The notes under the pieces: model-generated
Told to the model about the DNA's origin: nothing
Seen by the model: the letters and a program-made list of their open reading frames with translations, nothing else
Databases searched by the model: none
Made by a program: the position numbers and the translations under genes
DNA from: Aliivibrio fischeri ES114
GTDB lineage: Bacteria > Pseudomonadota > Gammaproteobacteria > Enterobacterales > Vibrionaceae
Assembly (NCBI RefSeq): GCF_000011805.1
Contig: NC_006841.2
Direction: 5' to 3' (one strand)
Length of the DNA stretch: 32,000 nt
Part shown: positions 1-8,652 of the stretch, in pieces
Position numbering within the stretch: position 1 is the stretch's first letter
Layout: each line of letters opens with the position of its first letter

Positions 1-1
1 T

Positions 2-535
2 GGTAGAGTACAGTTTGCTATGCATAATGCTGGTGGAGTTCGCTCTGGTTTAAACCAAGGAGCCATCACATATGCCGATATTGCCGGAAAAGTTTTGCCA
101 TTTGCAATTCCGATTGTCATTTATAGTATCAAAGGTAAATACCTTAAAGCCGCCATTGAGGGAGCAATAGATAATGCGACTAACAATGGAGTGATAGGAA
201 GCGGATCTGGAAGTTTCCCTTATGTATCGCAATTAAGTTATCAATATGAAGCGTGTAATCCTGCCGGGCAGCGTATTACCGAGTTTGACATATTTAACTC
301 GGTTTCTGGATGGGAGCCTGTATTAGATGAGCAAATATATTATGGAACATCAACAGCTTATACTATAAAAGGGAAGGAAGGTTACGCTCCTTTACTCAAT
401 AAAGAAGATGAGGTGATAACAACTAACCTTTCAATGGCTGATTGCTTCATTGATTATTTAATGCATTACCCTAATTTAACAAAACCTAAAATGACACTGA
501 ATCGATATAATAAAAACAGTACTGCTATCATTTAG
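2..535 (+). CDS. C-terminal part of a 5'-nucleotidase-like protein (UshA/NutA-type C-terminal domain), truncated by the window start
   Basis: The frame is open from base 2 (GRVQFAMHNAGGVRSGLNQGAITYADIAGKVLPF...), typical of the 5'-nucleotidase C-terminal domain; stop at 533-535. Confidence 0.8.
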   Translation, partial: GRVQFAMHNAGGVRSGLNQGAITYADIAGKVLPFAIPIVIYSIKGKYLKAAIEGAIDNATNNGVIGSGSGSFPYVSQLSYQYEACNPAGQRITEFDIFNSVSGWEPVLDEQIYYGTSTAYTIKGKEGYAPLLNKEDEVITTNLSMADCFIDYLMHYPNLTKPKMTLNRYNKNSTAII

Positions 536-594
536 TGGCATGCTAATTGCTATTAAATAACTGAGATGAGTTGTACAGTTTTATAGGTAATAGC

Positions 595-684
595 ATGGAC
601 AGTGATTGGTCAGACAAATTGCTAGTCGTAAGCTGGGTGTTCGCTTGGGCATTAATTGTTTACTTCGTCCCTTTTGCAGGGTGA
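595..684 (+). CDS. possible 29-aa small hydrophobic protein MDSDWSDKLLVVSWVFAWALIVYFVPFAG
   Basis: ATG at 595 with a weak AGGT upstream, a hydrophobic stretch, and a stop directly before an intrinsic terminator. Not in the supplied ORF track (too short). Confidence 0.4.
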   Translation: MDSDWSDKLLVVSWVFAWALIVYFVPFAG

Positions 685-689
685 CATTT

Positions 690-725
690 AAAAGGCTTTC
701 TAATTAATTAGGAAGCCTTTTTTAT
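690..725 (+). terminator. Rho-independent terminator
   Basis: AAAAGGCTTTCTAA-TTAA-TTAGGAAGCCTTTTTT hairpin plus T-tract. Confidence 0.8.
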
Positions 726-996
726 TAGCGTTAATAAAACTTATCCTTTATTAATGATATAAAAGTTTTTATTGTCATATTTAGGTTAACGTAAATTGTT
801 TAAATTATGTTAATTTGATTTTTTATTCATTAATGTGTATGAATAGTGCATCCATATGCGCTAATTTAGGTTATTGATTGGTGTAATTTTTACATTAGAA
901 AAACTAATATTACATTGAAGAAAAAGTCATTTTTTGACCAATAAATTAAGCTTTATTATGCGCTCATTGAAATTGATTAATTTAAGTGAGGCAATC

Positions 997-1185
997 ATGG
1001 CACAAGCAGCAATGAACGTTAATAACATCGCTACTTCTTCACAAAAGAAGGCCTATTCAGTAAGTATCAAAGGATTGATTGCTCATCTTGTGGATGTTTT
1101 GTTTGGTAAAGATCAAACTGTATCTGCACAATATACATCTGAACTATCAGAGCACTTACAAAAAGATTTAGGTCTTTATCGTTAA
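997..1185 (+). CDS. small hypothetical protein (62 aa, MAQAAMNVNNIATSSQKKAYSV...)
   Basis: ORF with likely start at 997 (GTGAGG upstream) rather than 934; followed by a strong terminator. Confidence 0.6.
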   Translation: MAQAAMNVNNIATSSQKKAYSVSIKGLIAHLVDVLFGKDQTVSAQYTSELSEHLQKDLGLYR

Positions 1186-1200
1186 GATATAGACGAATGG

Positions 1201-1230
1201 AAAAAGCTAGCAAGTTTGCTAGCTTTTTTT
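1201..1230 (+). terminator. Rho-independent terminator, potentially bidirectional
   Basis: Near-perfect palindrome AAAAAGCTAGCAAGTTTGCTAGCTTTTTTT between convergent genes. Confidence 0.85.
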
Positions 1231-1253
1231 ATATCTTAATAAAAGTTATTTGT

Positions 1254-2837
1254 TTAATAAGAACATACTTTATTCTTTCCGGAGCGTTTTGCTTGGTAAA
1301 GCGCTTTATCTGCACGAAGAAACGTAGCTTTATGATCTTCTTTATTTCGATTCAATGTTAAGCCGATACTAACGGTAATTGAGCGGTCTTTAAGGGTATC
1401 TCGCCAATCGTAATTTGCAATTTCTGATCGGCATTGTTCTGCGATTTTTTTCCCATGCTCAAGGTCGCCAGAAGGAATAATAATAAGAAACTCTTCTCCT
1501 CCATAACGTAGTGTATAGTGAGAAGGTGAAACTGAATTTTGCAAAATTTTACCAACTAGTTTTAATACAATATCGCCTTTTAAGTGGGAATATTCATCAT
1601 TTATTGATTTAAAATCATCGATATCAATAACCAATAACTGATAGTGTTTAATCGTAGGTAAAATCTCTTTTATAAACGTAGATTCAAACCATCTTCGGTT
1701 ATACAGTTTCGTTAAACTGTCATGAAAAACATCTTGTTGTAACTTGGCTACCGTGTCTTTTTGTTGATCAGATACTTTTTTTAATTTTAAGTTTTCAGTT
1801 TCAGAAATATTTAAGCGTAATTGAAGTTCTAATCGAGTTAATCGTCTTAAAGAGTGACCACCAAGTTCATTAATTGGGAAGTTTTTGATTATTTCGACAG
1901 TTAACTGCTGCGCTTTTTTTTCACATTCAAGTGCAAGAGCAAAGTTTTTACAACTTGCTAGAGCATCGCTTTTCACTTCAAGTAATTGGCGAATATAGTA
2001 GCCATAAGAGTATTTTATTGTTCGCTTTAATTGATGTGAAATGATCACATCGGCAATTTCCCCACGCTGTTGCTTAATAAGACAGTAGGCTGATTCAACA
2101 GCAAATAACTTGTTTAACCAAGGAAAAGAGTGTTGGTCGCTATACTCTTGTCTATATTGTATCAGTAGGTTAAGTGCCGTTTCAGGTTGGTTTTTCAGGC
2201 GCAATAGTTTTGCGGAATAAAGCAATACTTGCGCTGTTAATTGGGGGTCATCAGAAACGTATTTTAAAGCATAACATTCATCAAGAAGCTCTTTAGCTTT
2301 GGAAAGTCTTTTTAAATCGAGAAGGCAAGCAATCATGTAAAGTCGGTAACGAAGCGAGAGATTATTGCTATTAATACTGTTGCTTAACGCTTCTAACTTT
2401 TGGTAATAGCGCAGTGCTTTTAGGTGATCACCATAAATAGAGCATAAATTTCCTATACCTAAAATAGCTTGTATATAAAATTCATTATCACCGTATTCTA
2501 CGGCGAGTTCAGAAAGCGAATGAAGGTACTTTAATGCTTTTTGGTACTGTCCAATATCAGTATAACGATAACTTAATGCCGAATATATTTGCAGCATTAA
2601 TTCGATGTCTTTAGATGGATCTAATAACAATAAAGCACGGTGTAAATGTTTGATGCTGTTTGTCAGGTTATTGAATTCGACCTCATACTCAGAACTCATT
2701 AATAGGGCATATGCTTTTTCGGTTTTTGTTTCAGCGAAGTTGTCTACAATATATAACCAAAACTCTAGGCACTGGTGTGTGTTTAGCTTTAATAAATTAA
2801 TGTTATTTTCAGCTATTCGATTTAAAAGACTGTCCAT
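1254..2837 (-). CDS. TPR-repeat diguanylate cyclase (C-terminal GGDEF domain)
   Basis: TPR-like helical N-terminus; DSLTKLYNRRWFE, DIDDFKSINDEYSH and RYGGEEFLIIIP motifs. Start refined to ATG at 2837 (MDSLLNRIAEN); the ORF track gives 2879. Confidence 0.88.
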   Translation of the reverse strand: MDSLLNRIAENNINLLKLNTHQCLEFWLYIVDNFAETKTEKAYALLMSSEYEVEFNNLTNSIKHLHRALLLLDPSKDIELMLQIYSALSYRYTDIGQYQKALKYLHSLSELAVEYGDNEFYIQAILGIGNLCSIYGDHLKALRYYQKLEALSNSINSNNLSLRYRLYMIACLLDLKRLSKAKELLDECYALKYVSDDPQLTAQVLLYSAKLLRLKNQPETALNLLIQYRQEYSDQHSFPWLNKLFAVESAYCLIKQQRGEIADVIISHQLKRTIKYSYGYYIRQLLEVKSDALASCKNFALALECEKKAQQLTVEIIKNFPINELGGHSLRRLTRLELQLRLNISETENLKLKKVSDQQKDTVAKLQQDVFHDSLTKLYNRRWFESTFIKEILPTIKHYQLLVIDIDDFKSINDEYSHLKGDIVLKLVGKILQNSVSPSHYTLRYGGEEFLIIIPSGDLEHGKKIAEQCRSEIANYDWRDTLKDRSITVSIGLTLNRNKEDHKATFLRADKALYQAKRSGKNKVCSY

Positions 2838-2838
2838 A

Positions 2839-4308
2839 TCATATTTCCATTGGTGTTTGAGAAGGCCGCACCGTCGCAAAATATTCCGTAATTGTGAAAT
2901 AGTTAATCATTGGGGAAGATGCCTCAAAAGAGTAACGTTGCCATGGGTAAGTGGTAAAAAGTGAGCTTAACGAGCGACAAATATCATCACATTTTTCTTT
3001 TGAGTCATTAAGCAGTAATAGCACTTCGTTATCCCCTTTACGTGTTAGTAAATCACCGTGTTTACAGTAGTGGTGGATAAGACTTGTAATGGTATCGAGC
3101 TTTTCTTCAGAGTTTTCAATAATACTAATAACATAATGATTTTTAAGATCATTAGAGTTATAAACAGAGGATAAATGTTGTGCCCATTTATTAAAAGGTT
3201 GTAAGTATATTAGGGCTGATATGCTGTTTAATTCTAATTGCAGTTGGATCCGATTAATTAGCTTTCTTGCTCTAGAATCAAGTTGCTCTTTTGATGAATT
3301 AGATTTATCACGACCTAAACTATTGGATTGTTCTTGTAATAAAGCAATTTCATATTGTCGATAACGTTTATAAGAGTAAAGTGCATGTTCAAAATCGTTA
3401 GTTAATTCAGCAATTCGTGATTGTTCTAGACAAATTTGAGAGCGCAGTTCTCCTTTATCAAATTGTTCAGCAATTAACTCTGCTTCGGTTAATAATTCAT
3501 AGGCTGGCAGGTAATGAGATTGAGCCGAAGCGACTCTTGCTAAGCTAATAGAAGAGTGTGCCATCATCCAAGTTAGTTGATGTTGTTGAGCTAGTTGGTA
3601 GGCGTAGCTGCAGCTTTGTTGAGCCAAGCTCAAATCGTTTAAACCAAGAAATGCTAAGCCTCTAAAATCATAGATTTCAGCTTTCCATGTTAAGTTGGAA
3701 TGATGAACAAGCAATTCTTCGGATTTTATTAGAATAGGTAACATTTCTTGATAGTTACCAAGCAGGTAGTAATCCCACGCTTGTAATATATAGGCTTTAG
3801 CTTCTAAGTGTGGGATACGATAAAACTTAGCTCTTTGTGCTGCAATATCATGGGCAAAATTAGCGTCATTAAGGTTATTTGTCATGCGCCAAATATTCCC
3901 TAACCCAATAAGTGCTTCAATTTCTATCTCATTATCACCAAGCAGCGAGGCTTGTTCTAGTGCTTGAATCCAGAACTGTTGTGCACTAAACAGCTTGGCT
4001 TGGCCCCACGCATGAGATGCCAAAACATGTAGAATCTTAGGTAAGAGATCATCATCTTCAAGCTCTTGATGCATATGCAGTAATTCACGGGCAATTTTGA
4101 AACCAATAGGGTATTGCATCAAATGCCAATACGCTAAAGAGATGATCAGTTTTGAATAAGCTTCGCCATATTTGAAGTGCATTTGTTCTGCACGAACTAA
4201 TAACGTTTCCGCTTCAGATTTAATTTTATCAGCGTTATCTATACAAGATTCTAATTGTGACTCTAATAGTTTAAGAGCGGAAATAATGGTTCTTTTCGAT
4301 TGGTTCAC
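2839..4308 (-). CDS. TPR-repeat protein with degenerate GGDEF-like C-terminus, paralogue of the downstream diguanylate cyclase
   Basis: Same architecture as the neighbouring gene; LLTRKGDNEVLLLLNDSKEKCDDICRSLSSLFTTYPW aligns by eye with YTLRYGGEEFLIIIPSGDLEHGKKIAEQCRSEIANYDW; GTG start; TGA stop separated by 1 nt from the next ATG. Confidence 0.78.
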   Translation of the reverse strand: MNQSKRTIISALKLLESQLESCIDNADKIKSEAETLLVRAEQMHFKYGEAYSKLIISLAYWHLMQYPIGFKIARELLHMHQELEDDDLLPKILHVLASHAWGQAKLFSAQQFWIQALEQASLLGDNEIEIEALIGLGNIWRMTNNLNDANFAHDIAAQRAKFYRIPHLEAKAYILQAWDYYLLGNYQEMLPILIKSEELLVHHSNLTWKAEIYDFRGLAFLGLNDLSLAQQSCSYAYQLAQQHQLTWMMAHSSISLARVASAQSHYLPAYELLTEAELIAEQFDKGELRSQICLEQSRIAELTNDFEHALYSYKRYRQYEIALLQEQSNSLGRDKSNSSKEQLDSRARKLINRIQLQLELNSISALIYLQPFNKWAQHLSSVYNSNDLKNHYVISIIENSEEKLDTITSLIHHYCKHGDLLTRKGDNEVLLLLNDSKEKCDDICRSLSSLFTTYPWQRYSFEASSPMINYFTITEYFATVRPSQTPMEI

Positions 4309-4429
4309 AGTAGTATTCCTTACTTCATGACATCAATATAATCTTGCTAATCTATTGATGTCACGAACTAAATTATAGAACTGCGATCGTGCTACAGTAT
4401 GTTATATTGTGAAAGGGAATAAGTGTGGG

Positions 4430-5410
4430 TTACTCTTCATTTTCCGCTAAATTCAATAAAGCCATGGCACAGCTTACGCTGGTAGCAAGTACGTCTATAA
4501 CGCCTGTGCGTAAAGCTCCCATAATTGATAAGGCTTTACGACTTTCGCTGGCCATTGCCACAACATTTGGAATTTGACGTAGGTCTTCCATTTCAAGACC
4601 AATAACACGGCCTCGCATAAGAGTGTCTGCGTCCGTACCATCAAGTTTGAAGAAATCAAAACCGCCAATATCACCCACGATGCCATCGTTTAATCGGGCT
4701 TCAACAAATTCTTTAGGTGTGAAGAACCCGAGTTTGACCATATGACTATTTTCGTCCATATCACCAATACCAACTAAGGCAAATTCCGCTTTTCTAGCTT
4801 GGCTTAATGTCTCTTTGATGGTGGCATGCTCCATAAATGCTGATCGTAAGCTTGGGTCATTTACATAAGCTGGAGCGTATAAGGTTTCGCTGCTTCCACC
4901 GTATTTTTTGGCTAGACGACGGCAGATATGATCAGCATTAATAATATCACCACTGCGATGGGTTCCACCTATCGCCGATACGAAGCGTGCATTACGTTGC
5001 GTAACGATGCCTGCATGATCTGCTACTGCTGCAACATTTTGGCCTTGACCAACAGCAACAGCCATTCCTTCTTGTAAGTTATTGTTAAGGTATGAACTTA
5101 CAAGTGCTGCAACTTGTTTTCGTTGTTCATTTGTATTGGGTTGGTCTAACGAAATTAATGCACGTTTTAGGTTAAATTTTTCAACCAGTTTTTGTTCAAG
5201 CTGAACACTGTATACAGGGTGAAATTTTACGGTTATTTCAACAATGCCTTCTTCTCGCGCCTTTCTTAGCATGCGACCAACTTTCGCTCGAGATAAACCA
5301 AACTTTTTTGATATTTCCTCCTGAGTTGCGCCTTCTTGATAATAAAGAATCGCAATTTCAGTCAACATATCTGTGTTTTCTGTTTGATCTTGAGAGGGTG
5401 ACATCGTCAT
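4430..5410 (-). CDS. SorC/DeoR-type sugar-binding transcriptional regulator
   Basis: N-terminal HTH (LYYQEGATQEEISKKFGLSRAKVGRMLRKAREEGIVEI) plus a SorC-like sugar-binding domain. Confidence 0.88.
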   Translation of the reverse strand: MTMSPSQDQTENTDMLTEIAILYYQEGATQEEISKKFGLSRAKVGRMLRKAREEGIVEITVKFHPVYSVQLEQKLVEKFNLKRALISLDQPNTNEQRKQVAALVSSYLNNNLQEGMAVAVGQGQNVAAVADHAGIVTQRNARFVSAIGGTHRSGDIINADHICRRLAKKYGGSSETLYAPAYVNDPSLRSAFMEHATIKETLSQARKAEFALVGIGDMDENSHMVKLGFFTPKEFVEARLNDGIVGDIGGFDFFKLDGTDADTLMRGRVIGLEMEDLRQIPNVVAMASESRKALSIMGALRTGVIDVLATSVSCAMALLNLAENEE

Positions 5411-5418
5411 AACTTGTC

Positions 5419-6888
5419 CTAACTTAATAATTCTGCAAGTGTAATTGGTTTTGATATTAACCCTAACTTTTGTGCCGGAGTTATGCCTAGTTTATCTTGA
5501 TGACATAAATTATGCCAAGCTCTAAAAATATCTAATAGAGGAAGGAGGCTTGCAGGGCGTAGCTTACGTCTTGGTTCATTAACCAAATTAGTAAATTGGT
5601 TATAGAAACGAGTTTGATATTCATTAGCAACGGTCGCCGATGCTCGTTTTAGCCAATACGCCTCATTATGTTCTGCACCATTTAAGTGGCATATACCTTT
5701 ATGCTGTCCGTTGATTTCGGTAAATGCCCAGCGATCACGCCACCAACCAACCAGATGTATATCGATCTTATCACCGCTTTCTTCAGTAGGAAACGCAATA
5801 TCTTGAGTCACATAGAGTAGGTCGATGCTATTCTCTTTGATTCGTTCTAAAAAGATAGACATAGCAGCAGAACGAAGCATGGGTTCTTGCGGCATATAGA
5901 TTTCAATAGAGTCACAATGTGAGAATGCTTTTTGAATTTCTAAAAAATGCGCATGCGAAGTATAAGGAGGACGAATTATCGCTCCTTTAGAGGGGTAATT
6001 GAGAGAGACGTAATTACCCAGCGGATCTTCAACATTCGCACGCGCTAAAATTTCTTGATACTTATGATCAACGCGTTTGAAAATGGATTTTGAGCCAATG
6101 GCTGGTTGCGAATTGGCTTCATTAACAAACGTATTTGATAAATATTGTGCGTTTTCTTGGAAAGGGTCGTGATCCAACAGTGTGCCTGGTTCATCGGTTT
6201 CCGAATAATTGATATGTTGTGCAATGACATATCCAGAGTTTACTTCCGCACTTGCATACCAAAACACGCCATTATTACTCAGTGGTTGCAATGGGGTGGC
6301 ATTAGAGGCAAGTTGAATACTTGTTCTATCATGTTGAAGCCTTGAGTCAAATAATGACATATGACGACGGCAACGACTGGCGATTTGATTGATATGATCG
6401 TAAAAGGTTTTAGGATTTATATGTAAACGTCGGCAAATTTCACGAACGGAATAACCAGTAAATAAAAAGCCTAAAAGCTTTTGTTGAATAAGACTCTTTT
6501 GGTTTTCACCAGACCATTTATCTACAAAAGTAGACGCACAAGATTTGCAGCGATAACGTTGTCTATCACCACTGTAACCAAATGCATGATATAGCTCGCG
6601 ATGGGTTAATACATCGAAACCAAAATGTTCGCATTCTGAGTTATTGCAAGAGGGTAAGGAGTGTGATTGAACTTGTTGTTGACGTGCAAGTTCGTTCAAT
6701 ACCTCTTGGTTATTGATTAAGGGAGGAAAAGCACCACATTTCCGGCAAACTAATGCAGGTCGCTTAGGGTTCGTACGTTGAACTAAGTAATGTTGTTCAT
6801 CGCTATCACCAAAATTGTCACACGCCAATGTTTTACAAAAATTGAGTTGTAACCCTTTAGCAGCCAACGGCAGTTTTTCAGTCGGCAC
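5419..6888 (-). CDS. zinc-ribbon/HTH protein with transposase-like organisation, possibly domesticated
   Basis: Two CxxC-type zinc-binding regions (CRKCG; CNNSECEHFG...YRCKSCASTF), an HTH typical of InsA-like proteins (TGYSVREICRRLHINPKTFYDHI), and a C-terminal region resembling a DDE-type domain. GTG start preceded by AAGGGGAG. Confidence 0.6.
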   Translation of the reverse strand: MPTEKLPLAAKGLQLNFCKTLACDNFGDSDEQHYLVQRTNPKRPALVCRKCGAFPPLINNQEVLNELARQQQVQSHSLPSCNNSECEHFGFDVLTHRELYHAFGYSGDRQRYRCKSCASTFVDKWSGENQKSLIQQKLLGFLFTGYSVREICRRLHINPKTFYDHINQIASRCRRHMSLFDSRLQHDRTSIQLASNATPLQPLSNNGVFWYASAEVNSGYVIAQHINYSETDEPGTLLDHDPFQENAQYLSNTFVNEANSQPAIGSKSIFKRVDHKYQEILARANVEDPLGNYVSLNYPSKGAIIRPPYTSHAHFLEIQKAFSHCDSIEIYMPQEPMLRSAAMSIFLERIKENSIDLLYVTQDIAFPTEESGDKIDIHLVGWWRDRWAFTEINGQHKGICHLNGAEHNEAYWLKRASATVANEYQTRFYNQFTNLVNEPRRKLRPASLLPLLDIFRAWHNLCHQDKLGITPAQKLGLISKPITLAELLS

Positions 6889-6911
6889 TAGACTCCCCTT
6901 ATGGATTTTAT

Positions 6912-6936
6912 GGCGCCAGTATTGATGACTGGCGCA
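6912..6936 (-). other. intercistronic hairpin downstream of deoD
   Basis: GCGCCAGT/ACTGGCGC 8-bp perfect stem with a 7-nt loop and no following U-tract. Confidence 0.6.
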
Positions 6937-6945
6937 AACATCTGA

Positions 6946-7656
6946 TTACAGTTTAATTGCAGTTTCTAATGCAACTGTCATCATGTCATTAAATGATTTT
7001 TGACGGTCTTCAGAGCTTAATTTCTCACCACGTTTAATGTGATCAGAAACAGTAAGGATAGTCAGTGCTTTTGCTCCTAGGTCAGCCGCCACACCATAAA
7101 TGCCTGCCGCTTCCATATCAACACCAAGGATGCCTAATTTTTCCATTTTGTCGAATAGATCAGCTTCTGGTGAGTAGAAAAGGTCAGCAGAGAATACATT
7201 ACCAACTTTAACCGGAACATTAAGCTCACGAGCTTGACCAACAGCTGTCTCTAGTAGACCAAAATCAGCAATTGCAGCGAAGTCATGATTGTTAAAGCGG
7301 ATACGGTTAACTTTAGAGTCAGTTGATGCACCCATACCGATAACAACATCCATCAGTTTAACGTCATCGTGTACCGCACCACAGCTACCTACACGAATTA
7401 CGTTTTTAACACCATATTCAGCGATTAACTCGTGAACATAGATACAACATGAAGGGATACCCATACCGTGGCCCATTACAGATACTTTTTTACCTTTGTA
7501 AGTACCTGTGTAACCGAACATATTACGTACGTCACATACTTGCTTTACGTCTTCTAGGAAGTTTTCAGCAATGAACTTTGCACGAAGAGGGTCACCAGGC
7601 ATTAGAACTGTTTCTGCGAAATCACCAGCTTGAGCATTAATGTGTGGGGTAGCCAT
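6946..7656 (-). CDS. deoD: purine nucleoside phosphorylase DeoD-type
   Basis: [36 protein letters not shown]..., [20 protein letters not shown]; strong family identity. Confidence 0.96.
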   Translation of the reverse strand: MATPHINAQAGDFAETVLMPGDPLRAKFIAENFLEDVKQVCDVRNMFGYTGTYKGKKVSVMGHGMGIPSCCIYVHELIAEYGVKNVIRVGSCGAVHDDVKLMDVVIGMGASTDSKVNRIRFNNHDFAAIADFGLLETAVGQARELNVPVKVGNVFSADLFYSPEADLFDKMEKLGILGVDMEAAGIYGVAADLGAKALTILTVSDHIKRGEKLSSEDRQKSFNDMMTVALETAIKL

Positions 7657-7757
7657 AATAAGGTCTCCAGTTTACAAATAAAAATTGAGTGTAACTAAAA
7701 TTGTTGAACATTCCTGTTCGATATGTGGCTATTTTAGGCCTATATTTTAAGGTGTCA

Positions 7758-7773
7758 TGAGATTGGTGTCACA
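7758..7773 (-). promoter_or_regulatory. candidate CRP-binding site upstream of deoD
   Basis: Minus strand TGTGA-CACCAA-TCTCA compared with TGTGA-N6-TCACA (one mismatch), about 100 bp upstream of the deoD start. Confidence 0.4.
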
Positions 7774-7989
7774 CTTTCTACCTGATTCTACATTATTTCC
7801 ATAATTGATAACTAATTTTGTTGAAACTTAAGGGGCAATCGCATTCTTTTCGGCTATCTTAGTTTTAATACTTGGAATGGTTTTCTTATAACCGATCCTT
7901 AATTAGATTGAACTTATGGCGTTCGAGGAGGATGATGCTCTTGAAGGGTAATTCCCCTTAGTGTCATTAATAGTAAAGTGAGTAAATTG

Positions 7990-8652
7990 ATGAAAGCAGA
8001 AAATAAACAATATGCAGTAATTGGATTAGGTCGCTTTGGACTTACGGTGTGCGAAGAGTTGCATCAGTATGGCTCTCAGGTTTTAGCAATTGATATAAAT
8101 GAAGAGCGTGTTAAGAAGGCAATGGACTTTGTATCTACCGCTATTGTTGCTAACTGTGCAAGTGAAGAGACAGTTGCAGAGCTTAAACTTGATGACTATG
8201 ACATGGTTATGGTTGCAATTGGCTCAGATATTAATGCCAGTATATTAACCACTTTAGTATTGAAAGAAGCCGGTGTTAAGACTGTTTGGGTTAAAGCAAA
8301 TGATAAATTTCATGCCAAAATCTTAACGAAGATAGGGGCGGATCATATTATTATGCCAGAGAGAGATATGGGGATTCGAGTTGCGCGTAAAATGCTAGAC
8401 AGACGTGTATTTGAATTCCATGAACTCGGTAGTGGACTGGCTATGACTGAGATTGTTATCGGTGGTCAAAATATGGGTAAATCATTAGGGCAATTGGATT
8501 TTTGTCAAATGTCCGATGTAAAGGTACTTGCGATAAAACGCGGACCAGAAATTGAAACAGCACCAGATTGGAGTAAAGAATTAGAGATTGGCGATATTTT
8601 GATTATCGTTGGACCTGAAGTTCAATTAGCTAAAAAAATTAGAACGTTATGA
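7990..8652 (+). CDS. ktrA: KtrA, NAD-binding regulatory subunit of Ktr potassium uptake system
   Basis: Rossmann TrkA-N motif YAVIGLGRFGLTVCEEL and TrkA-C C-terminus; ATG at 7990 looks more likely than the GTG at 7978 in the ORF track; followed by ktrB. Confidence 0.9.
   Translation: MKAENKQYAVIGLGRFGLTVCEELHQYGSQVLAIDINEERVKKAMDFVSTAIVANCASEETVAELKLDDYDMVMVAIGSDINASILTTLVLKEAGVKTVWVKANDKFHAKILTKIGADHIIMPERDMGIRVARKMLDRRVFEFHELGSGLAMTEIVIGGQNMGKSLGQLDFCQMSDVKVLAIKRGPEIETAPDWSKELEIGDILIIVGPEVQLAKKIRTL

Noticed and set aside
2605-2964. 119-aa plus-strand ORF antisense to the TPR-GGDEF genes
   Set aside because: Overlaps the coding sequence and junction of two supported minus-strand genes; no domain similarity.
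5419-6888. Active insertion sequence
   Set aside because: Despite transposase-like features I could not find flanking inverted repeats or target duplications, and spacing to neighbours is operon-like.
7916-7951. 11-codon ORF MAFEEDDALEG before ktrA
   Set aside because: No ribosome-binding site and too short to support; kept only as part of a possibly structured leader.
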